Below, piece by piece: positions 1 through 14,609 of a DNA stretch of 64,000 nt (the first letter of the stretch is position 1; the number at the start of each line of letters is the position of its first letter). The position numbers and the translations under genes are program-made. The notes under the pieces were generated by a model, which did not search any database, had not been told where the DNA came from, and worked only from the letters and a program-made list of their open reading frames with translations. Source of the DNA: Octopus sinensis (lineage: Eukaryota); NCBI RefSeq assembly GCF_006345805.1, contig NC_043015.1, forward strand, positions 26,722,001 to 26,786,000, given 5' to 3'.

Positions 1-3000
1 TACAAAGGACCACGTACCCGAAAATTGAACCAAAGTCTGATTGAAAAATCAGCTACTGGATCAAATCTTCCCGACACACAGGAGCTGGACGTACCCCGCA
101 ACTGGAATATTCCAACAGATGGCCATCCATGCTCGTCACCAAACACTCAAAAGAAAAAGAAGGAAAAATGGACTAGGGAAGATAATAAAGAAGTTCTTGC
201 AGCCTTCTATCATGCCATATATTTCCCCACAGATAAATCGAACACTATACAAACCTACATAAACTGGAGACAGAAACACCCTGAAGTAAGACCCTACATA
301 GACAGTAACAAACTTGCCAACGTCAGAAGAAACATTATAAAAAAAAAATTACTGACTGAAGTAGAGATTGATCAAATTAAACAAGCAGTAACGGAGAATG
401 AATGAACGAGCTGCAGCTAAAGAAGAAGAAGATAATACAGAGGAAATAATTATAGACCAGCTCAGAGCTAATACAAAAACGAAGTAAGGATTGAAAGAGT
501 TAGTATAAGTGATAGGCAAAGTGAAATACTCCCTGAACCAAATATAAACACACTAAGACAGATGAACATCAAATAGATGAAGAAAGTCACACAATATTGA
601 CCCGACAGAACTACATGAGCTAAAAAGTCAAATCATGATTGAATGGATGAAAATTAAAGAAACCAGTATGGATGAACGTGATACACTCCCTAAAATACGC
701 AAATCTAACCAAAACATGAAAATAATTGGTAAATCCGGCTTGCACTTAAGGATATAATTTCAGCTAATGATGTTGATATCACAGATCTCAACCACCTATA
801 CTATGCATCCGCGAAAATCTCAACGATCCTATGTGGTGAACAGATTAGAAAACGGCAACATTTCCACAAAAAGCCTTCTTGGCAAGAGCGTTTGCACAAC
901 AACAAATTAAACTATTTAGATCTGACATTGAATATTTGAAAAACCTTAAGGTTCATAAGACTACCAACCTGCAAAAACCCAAAAACTAATGAAAAATATA
1001 ATATGAAAACTATACTTGATATTGATGCCACCATAGAAAACATCAAGCAAAAGGTATCTGCTAAAGCTGCCCGCATAGCGAGGTATGAAAAGCGTATTAG
1101 ATTCTACAGGGACAACAACATGTTCAAAAATAACCCCAAACATTTTTACAGGAAGATAGGAAAACAACAGTTACTGTAAAGTCTGTACCATCAAAAGAAG
1201 AAGTGCAGGGATTTTGGAATAAAATTTGGGCAGAAGAAAAAACACACAGCGAAAAGGCCCCCTGGATTGATAGAATATCTAAAGAACTGGACTCCTTAGA
1301 AGAGCAAAAGTGGGGGGTGTCAAGGTAGAAGATATAAGATCTGCTCTCAGGAGGTCAAGCAAATGGAAGTCTCCAGGAAAGGATAAAATACCTAACTTTT
1401 GGTTGAATGCCTTCCAGAGAGCCATGAACTGCTAGCACAGAACTTTACAATGATGTTTTGCAACACCCTAGTAGGATGCCTCCTTGGCTAGTTAATGGGT
1501 TAACATTCCTGCTTCCAAAAAGTGAAGAAACAAATGAACCAAAAAACTATAGACCCATAACCTGCTTAACAACTATGTATAAACACTAACATCTGTCCTG
1601 ACGGAATATACCTATAGTTTTTTGACAGACAGCAGCATATTCCCTAATGAACAGAAAGGATGTAAACGTGGATCCTACGGTTGTAAAGATCAACTACTCA
1701 TCAATAAGATGATCTTAGAAGATTGTCACAAACGACACAAAACTTATCAATAGCCTGGATAGACTATAAAAAGGCTTTTGATAGCCTACCACATAGCTGG
1801 ATTAATAAATACCTAGAAATGTATAAGATAGCACCTGCTCTGCGAAACTTTTTGTCTGTAAGTATGAGATCATGGAGAACCACACTAACTTTGAACAGTG
1901 ACAATGAATCTCTAAATGCTGGTGATGTAAAAATTTCATGTGGCATTTTCCAGGGTGACTCACTATCACCGCTCCTCTTCTGTTTAGCCTTAATACCTCT
2001 CTCAAAACTGCTCAATGATGCGCAGTACGGATATAAAATGTTGATAAAAATATAAATCATCTCATTTACATGGATGATTTAAAGCTCTTTGCAAAAGATG
2101 ACCAACAACTCAAGGGCTTACTAGCGATTGTCAAACAATTCAGTGATGACATCAGAATGCAATTTGGCCTCGATAAATGCGCAAAAGCTACCTTTATCAA
2201 AGGAAAAATGACAGAAACATCTAACGTTAACCTTGACCAGCAGAATGTCATAAAAGAATTAGACCCAACAGAGAACTACAAGTATCTAGGGGTAATTGAA
2301 GGAGAAGGAATAAGGCATTCAGAGATGAAGGAAAGGATCAGGAGAGAATGCTATCGCAGAGTAAGAGCAATACTCAAGACAGAGCTGAATGCGAGAAACA
2401 GGATCGAAGCGATCAATGCATTAGCCATACCAGTCGTGACTTACAGTTTCAGTATCGTTAACTGGTCAATCACTGAAATATGTAATCTTGACCGAAAAAT
2501 ACGAAAACTGTTGACAATGCATAGAATGCACCACCCTAAGGCAGATACAGAACGACTTTATCTGCCAAGAAAAGAGGGAGGCCGTGGACTTTTACAACTG
2601 GCAATAACAATGAAGATTGCTACAATTGGCCTAGACACCTACCTGAAAAACTCTGAGGACTGGATCTTAAAACTTGTCTTAAAACATGAAAACAAGAAAG
2701 CATCATACTCAGTAACAAAACAGGCAAAGGAATATCTAAGTGAATTCCGAATACAACAAATTTCGGAATTAGAGATAGACATACAAGAAACAGGCACAGA
2801 AAAAGCTAAGCGCATGAAAACCCGTGCTAAATCTGCGGCAAGAAAAACCTCTCTATGGCAAATACCCAAAGAGAGCAAATAATGCAGATGTTGACAAAGC
2901 CCTGACCCATCAATGGCTAATGGCCTCTGGCTTAAAATCTGAAACAGAGGGGTTTATCATAGCAGCTCAAGATCAATGCCTACCAACCAGAAACTACCAG

Positions 3001-3811
3001 GCCAACATATTAAAGATCAGATGCAGTCCAACGTGTCGTGTATGCAAGCAACAAAATGAAACCATTGACCATGTGGTCTCCAAGTGCAGTCTTCTAGCGC
3101 CTACAGAATATCTCAACAGGCACGATAGAGCTGCACAATATATTCACTGGGTAATCTGTAAAAACCTGGATTTGCCCCATGAAAAAAACTGGTGGGAACA
3201 CAAACCACCCCCAGTGCTTGAAAATGACCACATTTCACTCCTCTGGAACTTCGCCATTCAAACTGACAGAAAGATAGATGCAAATAGGCCAGACATTATA
3301 TTGAAAGACTTCAAACAAAGAACATGCCTCCTCATTGATATGACTGTCCCAATCGATATAAACGTATCTGTCAAGACATACCAAAAACTGAGCAAATATA
3401 AAGATCTTGAAATAGAAATCAGCAAAATGTGGAAGCTGAAGACTAAAACAATACCTGTTGTCATAGGTGCCCTGGGAATGATAGCAAAAGGGGCAGATAG
3501 CTACCTAACTCAGATACCAGGAAACCCAAAAATGGCAGAAATTCAAAAGATAGTGCTCATGGGAACTGCTCATATCCTACGCAAAATACTTTCTATGTAA
3601 TCTCAAGGTTTAAAACAAACATAATTTTCGGTTTAAAAAAAAAAAAAAAAAAAAATTTTTTTAGACATTCATTAGTACAACACCCCCACCCCCCAAATAT
3701 ATGGCACACTAGGCATAACAACAACATGAACTTCCAACCCTGTTGTCTCTTGAGGTCTCTGGGTGAGACTTGGAGCCAACTTGTACAAATATAAAGCAAA
3801 AGTCAAACATA

Positions 3812-3812
<1 letters not shown>
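1..3812 (+). mobile_element. R4/Dong-like non-LTR retrotransposon (RT + restriction-like endonuclease), copy 1, frameshifted
   Basis: RT motifs (QKGCKRGSYGCKDQL, AWIDYKKAFDSLPH, GIFQGDSLSPLLF, YMDDLKLF), CCHC knuckle (CRVCKQQNETIDHVVSKC), RLE motifs (RHD, RPDI..LID..K..KY..LE); 3' UTR runs directly into (AAT)n at 3813. Confidence 0.92.
25..3600 (+). pseudogene. Disrupted single-ORF RT-RLE polyprotein of R4/Dong copy 1
   Basis: Collinear ORF pieces 25-405, 1723-2055, 2070-2882 and 2824-3600 in shifting frames. Confidence 0.9.

Positions 3813-3880
<68 letters not shown>
3813..3880. repeat. (AAT)n microsatellite at the 3' end of the Dong element
   Basis: Direct reading. Confidence 0.98.
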
Positions 3881-3881
<1 letters not shown>

Positions 3882-4427
3882 TCGCAAAGTCAATGTACGA
3901 ACAACGGGAAAAAATGGAGTCTAGAACCATGAGCGGAAGGGTTACAAGCGTAAGTGCAGAGGCACCAAGGATCAACTCCTGATAGACAAAACTGTACTTA
4001 GAGACTGCAAGAGGAGGAAAAGTAACTTAGCCATGTCACAGATCGACTATCGTAAAACATATGATCTGATCCCACACTCTTGGATGATGGAATGTATGAA
4101 CGTATTTGGTATTGCATCGAATGTGGAGCGATTGCTTGGAAAAAGTATGGCGAATTGAAGGACAGACCTGACAGCATACGGAAGAGTTTAGGGACAGTAG
4201 AAATCAGGTGGGGCATTTTCCAAAGGGACTGCCTGTCCCCACTGATCTTTGTACTGTGCTTGAAACCACTAACACTGATTCTGAGGAAAGCAAAGGCCGG
4301 GTATGTATTCAAAAGCTACCAACAAAAAGTCAACTATTTGTTATTCATGAATGACTTTAAACTTAATGGTAAAGATGAAACCAAAAAACAAAACACTTGT
4401 TGATAGGGTGTATATTTTCAGTGCTGA

Positions 4428-4430
<3 letters not shown>
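3881..4430 (+). mobile_element. Degraded RT fragment of another R4/Dong-like family
   Basis: Translates as [49 protein letters not shown] ... GIFQRDCLSPLIFVLCL ... LFMNDFKL. Confidence 0.8.
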
Positions 4431-4625
<195 letters not shown>

Positions 4626-4766
4626 TCCCTTCTATTGTAGGTACACGGCCTGAAATGTCGAGGAATAGATTAAGTCGACTACATCGACTTCAGTGCGTAA
4701 CTGGTGCGTATTTGATTTACTCCGAAAGGATGAAAGGCAAAATTGACCTCGGTGGAATTTGAACTC
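4626..4766 (-). mobile_element. SINE family A fragment
   Basis: Reverse complement of the gagttcaaattcc..gaggtc...gcctttcatcctttcgg...gttacgcactg core also seen at 14902, 15610, 38551, 46750 and 56837. Confidence 0.8.
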
Positions 4767-4904
4767 TAATACTAACAACTCGATTACCTCGATCGCAACA
4801 CTTACCTGATAAATTATTTTATCAACCATAAACGGATAGAAAGAAGTTAACATCGTAATAATTGTTATAAGTAGCACTATTGTGTTCCTTTTTTCCATTT
4901 TAAC

Positions 4905-5015
4905 TCTAGCTAGGTAAAAGGTAATATTGACCTCGACATAATTTGAACTCAGAACGTAGACTCGAAAGAAATCCCCACCCCAAAATGTTTTTGAAGCCCT
5001 AACGATTCTGCCAAC
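4905..5015 (-). mobile_element. SINE family A, degraded 5' fragment
   Basis: ttgacctcg..aatttgaactcagaacgtag...taacgattctgcca. Confidence 0.55.
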
Positions 5016-6214
5016 ATGATGGTGGTCGTGGTGGTTGTGTTGTTAGTAGTAGTAGTAGTAGTAGTAGTAGTCTTGTTACTGTTGTTGTTGCTGCTGCTGC
5101 TACTTATGATATTAGACTCCTGTTTGTAGGTGTGTGTAGGGTGCTGCTTGGAGTCCATTAGAATATTTTTCATTTTTGTTTGCTTTGTTTTCGAAATGCT
5201 TCTATGTGATTTCTTTTTATAGTTTCAGCTCGAGAATTGTGACCATACTGAAGCATGAGAAAGTTTTGCTTAATATCTGTATTAAATGGAGAACCCAAAG
5301 AGTTCTCAGTTCCACCCATTCCATTTTAAACCTTAGTTACTCTCTACTAAATGTTTGTATTATCGCAAATTTTTATTAACATGAACAAGAATTAGTAGAC
5401 AGCAACTGCGGAAACATGACATTGGATCGAAGAATTAACCCTTTGCCATTATTAAAAATGCCACCTGGTTTTTGTATATTATACTTTGTTGAAAGTATTC
5501 ACCTCAGATGTTCGGTATAAAAATATCTTTCTCCCTTTTTGTTGTTAGGTTTAATAATTTCGAAAAGTGGAGTGTGGGGTTTCCTTAATATTAAAGAAGA
5601 GACAAGTCCGCACAAATACATCAGTAAAGAAACACTTGAGGAAATACCTTACCGATATCATCGGTGTTACCACGAAACTTGAAAAGGAAACGTAATTTCG
5701 GGATTAAGGAGATTATCCTTATTATTAATCTGAATCCATATATTGACAACAGACGCGAGTTATATAAACTGGATTGGTTATATATGATATATGACTCAGT
5801 TCATATCGCAGACGCTTCATATATATGTGAGTAAAATATATCATTTCATCCCCATCATCCATTTTCTCTTGATAAAGGTTTTTATACCCACAATATGGAA
5901 ATACAAACAATATAAATTGCAAACTGTTGGTTTATGTTCCGTCTATCCGCTTTCACTTTTTTTTAAAATTTAATTTGCATTATAAGTGCTCTTCAATCAA
6001 CAACGGCGCCTCTATTACACATCGGCTGTCTTGTTGGAACATTCCATAGAATATATTACGACACATGTTCCGATTCTCCGGGCTCTGAGTTCAAATCTAT
6101 ACGCTGCCTCCACATTCTTCAACAGAGTTGCATCCAACTAAAAACGTTCACATTACAGAATGAAAATGTGTCCAAGCACACACACACACACACACACACA
6201 ATACAGTCAAATTA

Positions 6215-6445
6215 ATTTCAGTTATGTTATTGATTTACATCAAAAGCACCCATGCTGGTGCCACATATAAAGCATCCACTACACACTGTAAAGTGATAGG
6301 CATTATGAAGAATGCCCAATGTTTCTGTAAACCATGCCAACAGGAACAACCTGATGCAGTTCTCCAACTTGCCAGCTTCTGCCAAACCATCCAACCCATG
6401 CCAGCATGGAAAGCGGATGTTAAATGATGATGATGATGATGATAA
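6215..6445 (+). mobile_element. SINE family D 3' part with (ATG)n tail
   Basis: Ends aaaccatccaacccatgccagcatggaaagcggatgttaaatgatgatgat; recognised from memory as a common octopus SINE tail. Confidence 0.55.
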
Positions 6446-6546
6446 GTATGTTCTTGTATGTATTTCAATATAGTTTCGCATACATTAAAAGATTTAAAAA
6501 TCTTTAACACAGAATATTGTTTATTTTAGCCTTTTTCTTTGTACAT

Positions 6547-6920
6547 AGGCACAGGAGTGGCTGTGTGGTAAGTAGCTTGCTTAGAAACCACATGGTTCTG
6601 GGTTCAGCCCCACTGCGTGGCACATTGGGCAAGTATCTTCTACTATAGCCTCGAGCTGACCAAAGCCTTGTGAGTGGGTTTGGTAGACGGAAACTGAATG
6701 AAGCCCATCGTATATATGTATGTGTGTGTGTGTGTGTGTTTGTCCCACCCAACATTGCTTGACATCTGATGCTGGTGTGTTTACATCCCCGTAACTTAGT
6801 GGTTCGGCAAAAAGAGACTGATAGAATAAGTACTAGGCTTACAAAGAATAAGTCCCGGCGTCAATTTCCTCGACTAAAAGGTGGTGCTCCAGCGTGGCCA
6901 CAGTCAAATGACTGAAACAA
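6547..6920 (+). mobile_element. SINE family B (tRNA-derived head, internal microsatellite)
   Basis: A-box-like gtggctgtgtggtaag and B-box-like gggttcagcccc; near-identical copy at 23108-23580. Confidence 0.88.
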
Positions 6921-8272
6921 GGCGTCAGAAGTGAAACCATCCTCTCTTATCGCATGCACCAGAAGTCAGGATATTAAAACGGTACTGAAATGAGCACTGG
7001 CCAAAGTTTTCATTTGGTCTAGAGTTAAGTCCAAACTGTCTCCATTAACTAAGTGAAAACAATGAAACTAATTGACCAATCTTTCAGCCTAATTCTCTCT
7101 CACTCACTCACAGAGTCACAAAGTGAGACATTAATTTAGTCTGGCACTCATCCAGCTATACTAAATGTATTAGGCAGTATTATATAAAGTGAGGTATATA
7201 TACATATGATCAGCTTCACTTTTCATCCATTCGTGGACCATAAAATGCTATAAATCCAAGGAGGTGAAATGTGACTGGGGCAAACGCGGCCATGCTCTCG
7301 TCAGGTTTAACGCTTAATCAATCGACTATTCAAACAGCAGTGATGGTTACTTTGGTCATCAGGTAATACTTAGCGACCTGTTGTACACATTTCTACCAGT
7401 TCTTAGGTAGAAGGACATCTTCCACTTATCTATCTGTTAGAGCGGAAGACTCTGAGAGAGATTTATCCTGAGCATTGTCTTATTCTGCGTAAAAGACAAG
7501 TAAATATACTACTCTACACTCAGAACTACAAGCGGCATCATAAAAAAAAATTGAAGCTTTTGATTTTGGTTTCCTAAGATAATCAGTTGTGCTTCTGATA
7601 TCATATGATATAAATTTCGTTGTGGAGTGTCCATAATAATGTTCTGGCCAATCTAGGGGTCATTGTCACCTCAAATAGTCAGACACCAATCAATGGGAAT
7701 GGTGAGTTTTTTGGGGGGTTTGATTTTACTATTTGTTATTTAATCTTATCGATACCTACTCACTGCAGATCAATTATTGATTTTTGCTTTTAATCCTCAT
7801 TCAAGCTTTTCTTTTCTTTTTCTTCATCTTTTTCGCTATTCGACAGTTATTAATATTATAGAAATAACAGGAAAAATACGGTGTACGTGTGAGAAAGAGA
7901 GAGAGAGAGAGAGGTTGAGAGTGACAGATTGAGTGAGAGAGAAGAATGCGTGTGTGTGTGTGTGTGTGTTGTATATATGTGTGTGTGCGTGTGTTCGTGC
8001 GACTGTCTACACATACATGTATAAATATAAATAATATTAAAGAATACATATATATACATTTTATATTTGTGTAGTATTGTGTAGTATATTACACATACGT
8101 TTACACACACACGCACACACACACATATATATATATAGAGAGAAAGAGTGAGTGAGAAAGAGAGAGAATGTGAGAGATGGCAACGATGCATCTGGTAAAC
8201 TTTCTATAAATGTCTTATTAATGCATTGCCACACACACACAAACACACACGTATGTATGCATGTATGTATAT

Positions 8273-8325
<53 letters not shown>

Positions 8326-9369
8326 GTGCGCGTGTGTTCGCGTATGTGCGCGTGTGTGCGCGTGTGTGTGAGTGTGTATGTGTGCGGGCGTGTGTGTGTG
8401 TAATCACATTATATCTCTCCCGTGAATAATTTGAATATTATTCTTTTCTACAGAACCGACTTACGTTGATAAATAAGCTCTCCGTTATTTGCTCCTCGTT
8501 TGCGTTACCAGAGTTCCTAGCTACAACCGTAAATTCTTCTGTAACCTTGTTATCACTCCCGTTTGTTTTCACAGTTTCACTTTACATCTAGCATTAAGCA
8601 TCATTTTCTTACATTTTATATCTTTGCAGTCTCTTCCCCTCCCCACCACGCTGCAATAAATTATTGTTTAATATAACTTCGCAACAGATAAATAAATCTT
8701 AGCTCTGATCAACTTTTTTCTTCTTTCTCCTTAAGGTTTTGTTGTTTTTGTTTAGCTTCCTCTCACGCAGGTCAGATTTATTGAGTAAACTTATGATCAA
8801 AAACTTCCAAAACCATCATTTTTTTTTTATTCAGATACTTTCCTAAAAGGCTGTATGAACTAGCGTTTCCTCCCTTCTCTTAAATAGTAGCCTGTGATAT
8901 GAAGACGATTTGGCTGCTATTTCTAACACGCTTACGACCATATGGCTTCTCCTTCCTTAGCTCTATAAAGGTGGATTGTTTTCCAATGCTGAGAATAAAT
9001 CTTTAACAGTTTGAGACGAGAATTTTGTTAGTACACAGTTACTGTTTTGGCTGTTGTTGTTATTGCATATCAGCCAGCTTCATCTAGGCCCTCGCCTCTC
9101 AGTCTTATAATTAACGCAATCCTAACCGTGGCTTTTCTATATTTCAAACATAGTTTATCTCAATTTTTTTAACAGGAAATTATAACAGTCAGGTGTGATA
9201 TGAGAAATATTTAGTTATTATTTCTACCAGTTCAGTTGACCACATAGAGGTTTTGACAGTGCCATCTTTTAGACGAATATTGTATATTTTAATTGACAAA
9301 ATGCCATAATATGAATTGCTCTAGTCACTGCTAATATCTCGCAGTTAAAGCTAACTTGCAATATCGCAG

Positions 9370-9520
9370 GAAAATGAAGTATTTACATTTATGAATTCAA
9401 CATAAAATAATAAAATCTTATTTTCAAACATAGATATTGAACAACTATCAATGAAAAACTAATAATATCTCTGTATTGAAAACCAACGAAATCTGAATTT
9501 GTATTAATGAGACTAGCCGG
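9370..9520 (+). mobile_element. Highly degraded Penelope-like RT C-terminal remnant
   Basis: Reads NNKILFSNIDIE ... LIISLY*KPTKSEFVL, resembling the PLE segment NNKIPFLDVLI ... TSVYRKPT. Confidence 0.35.
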
Positions 9521-10770
9521 TCTCCTGGAAGGGAAGATATTTAATAGTGTCCTGACAGCTATAAAAGTATTAATTTGAAAGCGTTCACATGACTTCAAAT
9601 AGTAAAGACTACTTTTAAACATTGAAATAATTTGAATCAACCTCATCCTCATCGATATCGGTTTCTATAAAAAAATGGCTTATTTGAGGAATACAAGAAA
9701 GATAAGTGAAAGGACGCACAATAAATATTTCTCTTTCTAATATTCGACACCACCAATGTTATAAATATGCGAAAGGTGAATTCTGTAATCGATGGAATCG
9801 AACCGAATAGACGCTGGTATTTCACTGACTCTACCAAAGATGAATTCAATATTTTCAGTATAGACACAAACATTCAGAACTGAAGACGCTTGATGCATGA
9901 TGGAATTGCAAATAAACACCTTAAGATGTTCAGCTTACCATTTCTGCAATTCCTCCGCTCTTTGTTATTTAAATAATGAATCCTATCATAGCAAGGTGCC
10001 ATAACTTGAGCGACCCCAAAACCAAAAATTAGTCATTCGTTTAAGGTGTCATTTGAATTCAAGAGTTTTATTTAAAGGTCTTCACTAAACACCACGGAGG
10101 ATTGTACCCGATGCTCTACAGATTTCTGTGAATCTCGCGAATAACGTCACTAAATAGCGAGGAAGTTTATATAATATATGAAATTTTCTTATTGATCAAT
10201 AAAATAAAACTAACCGATAACATAAAATAGATCAAAGAATATCTAATATACATATACATGATTGTGTTGTCAAGAAGTTCGCTTCAAGTTACGTATTTCC
10301 GCGATCGCTCTCACTGCTCTGCACCATGCGCAATGCTGGGCACCACACTCTCAATTTTGATGTATATATATATATATACATACATATATATATATATATA
10401 TATGTATGTATATATATATGTATGTATAAGCGTTGTAGTTCGCGTGAAGCATTGTAATATCGAATAAGCTTCTGACAAAGCGGTCATTTTTATAAAACCT
10501 TTATATTTCAGGCACAAGGGCCCAACTTCAGGGAAGTTTGTTTACTCCAAAGCTTGGAGCGTCAATTAAACCTATATTTGGGGAATGACTGCTGCTGCTA
10601 CTTAACGCCAGGGAACTTGAATAGGTTAACGGAACTTGCATAACTGGACATTTCTCAGATTGATCTTCTTCAGTCTTTCCGCCTGAAATATAAAGATTTT
10701 ATAAAACTTTCCGCATTGTCAGAAGCTTTCTATTCTCTCTCTTCATCCTTTCTTTTCTATCTCCTTTTGT

Positions 10771-10812
<42 letters not shown>

Positions 10813-10833
10813 CCCCTCTCTCTCTCTCCCCCT

Positions 10834-10876
<43 letters not shown>

Positions 10877-11199
10877 GTATATATATATATATATAAGGTG
10901 TGTTCGCCCGAATGTGTATCTTGATTTTGAAGATAAGCATGAATATATTTAAAAAATCTTTATGTAAAGTTTAGGAAAGAGTTTGTATCTCTAAGGTATT
11001 TAGAACATACTTGATTTATATTTATAGTGCTTTATACAAAAAGACTCAGATATTCATAAATATAAAATCGTAATAGTCATATATGTACTCGTCAGTAGCT
11101 GATATAAAAACTTTCAAAATTTAGTTTTTACTTAACCGTCAATTAACGTTGCGACTGAAGAAAGTTTTAGAAAATTTTTAGAAAATTTGTATTTGAAAT

Positions 11200-11545
11200 T
11201 CTCCTTTGTTCTTGAATCTGGGCTGTCTTTTCCGTTCCTTTCAGTTCGATCCCAGCCTTCTCAGCCTTGCTTTAGTATTCCACCTTGCTGAAGGAAGGCT
11301 CCTCCCTCTGATATCTTGTTGGTTTGGTGCATGGATTAATGCTTCTCTCACTTTGCTTCTGTCTTAGTAGGGATGTTGGTCTTACGTGAACCCATTGTTA
11401 CCTCTGGGATGAAGTGGTCCACATATGTCTGACTGAATCCTTTGATCTGCCCGGCGTGGGAGGTCATTTCAGAAGCTTGCATTCCGTTGGCATAGCTCTC
11501 ATGGTCATTAAGGTACACACACCACCATACTGCAACAAGGACTGC
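11200..11545 (-). mobile_element. Probable 5' region remnant of an RTE-like LINE
   Basis: Minus strand taatgaccatgagagctatgcc...cacgccgggcagatcaaagg resembles RTE 5' regions (recognised from memory). Confidence 0.35.
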
Positions 11546-12109
11546 ACCTTCTGATCCCAAAGTACATCCTACTTGTCATAAAAATGAAACCGAATAACAA
11601 TACAGGATAGTCATATGTGGGACGTTTTGGATTATAGATTTTCTGGGTCGCAATTATATTAGTAGCAACAACAATAAGCAATTCTCCTGGCTTGATCCTC
11701 TCTTTGGATAGTAGAGTAGAGAAATGTTTGGGATATAAACATGTTCTCCTGTCTACGAGATATAATATATGCTACTTTTATACTTTTCTCAAATTGCGTA
11801 CACACTCTTAAATAATACGATCGCACACAGAATGGTGCACGTCTATTGGTTTCAAACGATGCCACGAGAAGGACCAAATCTAGCTAAGGAGTGAGATAAG
11901 TTAACATGTGTAGTTCTCTCACTGAGCCAGAGGTTTCCCCCACTTGGATCTCTATGGATTAGAGGAAAAACATAGCCTATGCGTCCAAGTGAAACAAACG
12001 CTGAACACGTCTTCATTTTCAAATTTCCAGACATCACCAGATGATTCAAATAATCAACAAACTGCTACACTTGTAAGACATTGAAGAGCAGCGTGGAAAT
12101 TGACAGAAA

Positions 12110-12470
12110 ACCATATGCGTTCCACCAAAGATGCTTCAGAAGGATTTTGCGAAAATACTGACAAAAGCAGGTATCCAATGAAAACGTTTTGAACCCACAC
12201 GAGACCACTTAGGGAAATCATCCTAGAACGATGGGTAAAACTAGCAGGTTACATACTCCGATTACGAGAACAAAGCCATTCTAAAACACTTTTCAAATGG
12301 GCAACATCAGAAGGTAAAAGAAAGGAAGACCGGAATCTACATGGTTAAGAACATTCATAACTAACATGAGAGACCAACATTACATGACTGGATGTTGAAA
12401 AACTGCAGCAAACAGAAAACAAGCGGTGTCAGCTTGCTGTCCACTTTGATCGAGAGCATAAGAACTGCTA
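12110..12470 (+). mobile_element. RTE-clade LINE 3' remnant
   Basis: FHQRCFRRIL..VSNENVL..IILERWVKLAGYILRL..KTLFKWATSEGKRK. Confidence 0.65.
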
Positions 12471-12501
12471 TTGATACTGATTGTAATTATCATTTTACAC
12501 G

Positions 12502-12560
<59 letters not shown>

Positions 12561-12630
12561 GGTAGTGGTGGTGGTGGTGGTGGTGGTGGTGGTGATGGTG
12601 GTGGTATTGGTGGTGGTGGTGGTGGTGGCT

Positions 12631-12671
<41 letters not shown>

Positions 12672-12672
12672 T
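12502..12672. repeat. (AGT)n(GGT)n(AGT)n compound microsatellite
   Basis: Direct reading. Confidence 0.97.
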
Positions 12673-13107
12673 TTGCTAGGTCTGTTAGAAGCAGTAATAA
12701 CAAAAGTAACAGTAGTAGAGGTAGCAGAAGTAGTTGTGTGCTTTTTCTGTACCATCCACATCCCTGTCACTTACTGACGACTGTGCATCGCTGTATGAAA
12801 CTGATAATTTTGAGACAAAAATATTTATAACAACATATCAATAATATTTGTTTACACATTTCTTTTCTGCCTATATAGTATCTCATTTTATTACAAAGCT
12901 ATATCATATAATGCATACAATATTATGTGTCATATTTCATTATATACTTTACAAAAAGCAAACACGTATTATTGTTGTCGTTATGAGTATTATTTTTATT
13001 ATCATTATCATCATCATCACCAACATAATTATTATTATCGTTGTTATTGTATTTATATTCTTTTTACTGTTGTTATTCTTATCATTATTATTATCATTAG
13101 TAGTAGT

Positions 13108-13161
<54 letters not shown>

Positions 13162-13484
13162 TGTAGTAGTAGTAGTAAAATAAGAAGGAGAAGAAGAAAA
13201 TGAATTGTCAGTCACTAATGTGGATACGTAGTAACAAACAAAGTAAGAACGCAACAATAGGAACATCGAGAAAAACAAATTTTGAAGAATTTTCAATGGA
13301 AAATAAATAAATAGAATAATCTTTAAAAAAGCAGTAAAATTTCTGATAATGAAAAAGAAAAAGAAATTTTCCAATAGTAGTCAACATTTCAGTTCAGAAA
13401 ACAAACACACGCACACATACACGCGCGCACGCACATGCTAAACATAAGCATACATACATGTGTATATGTGTGAGTGTATATATG

Positions 13485-13525
<41 letters not shown>

Positions 13526-13589
13526 GTATGTATGTATGTATATATATACACACACATGTGTTCATATATATATGTATATGTGTGTATAC

Positions 13590-13674
<85 letters not shown>

Positions 13675-14609
13675 CACACACATATACATATATACACAGC
13701 ATACATATACACAAGAAATACAAATTTGATTTCCTGTCAATTAAGAAATATTCTTTGGAAAATCTACCGAGATATTTCTTTCGTTAATTGCTCAACGGAG
13801 ACATTTTTAAATATAATTTCTCTAAGTTGCAGGATGTGGAATGAATCGTAGAAATCTTGAAGTACTTTATATATCTTTTTGTTTGATATATATGTTTTAT
13901 ATTTTTTCTTGTATACGTTGTAACTTCTTTTTTCATATTTCTATAGTTGTTATCATTATTGCCTTTGTTGGTGCTACTGTTGTTACCATTGCTGCTACAT
14001 TTGTTGTTGCCCTTCTTGTTACGGTTGTTTTTAAGTAGAAAAGATATGTGTATATGTGACAATAATAAGCGTTAAGAAACATATAGCTGAATTATATATA
14101 AATTATACAAACATGTATGGAAACATACTTATGAATCATATAAAAATATATAAAAAGTACCTATAAAATCGCTGAATTATCTTCTTCAGCTATGAACTTT
14201 TGCCATCATTTCTTTCTTAGAATAATGTTTCTAGATCTTATTAAAATGTCTGTTTTTGTTTTGCTTGATTTTTATTTGTGTTGTTTATTTAGTTTTCGTT
14301 GTTAATGTTTATGTTTATTTTTTTATTTACAATCTTTTGCATATTATTGTTATTTTTGCTACTTTCAAAATTAATTTGGTGCTTGCGTTGGTCTGTGTGA
14401 ACCTGTGCGTTGACAATGAATATGTTTAGCAAGCAACATTTTTAGAATGGAAAATAGGAGAAAATAAAAAGTAATATTCGTGCTAAAAGACCCCACTACG
14501 GCTGCTGTTAAACCTACAACTATTAACCACAACAACAATAACAACAACATCAATAATAATAGTTCCTCTCCGGGAACTATCAAGCTAATATTATACACAA
14601 TGAGGTAGA

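Noticed and set aside
7295-7355. Isolated CTGACGA/CTGATGA motifs (also 10664, 26262, 37608, 45844)
   Set aside because: No correctly placed GAAA and paired helices
7590-7690. Possible GIY-YIG remnant (YKFRCG..GQSR)
   Set aside because: Needs frameshifts and multiple stops; too weak to call
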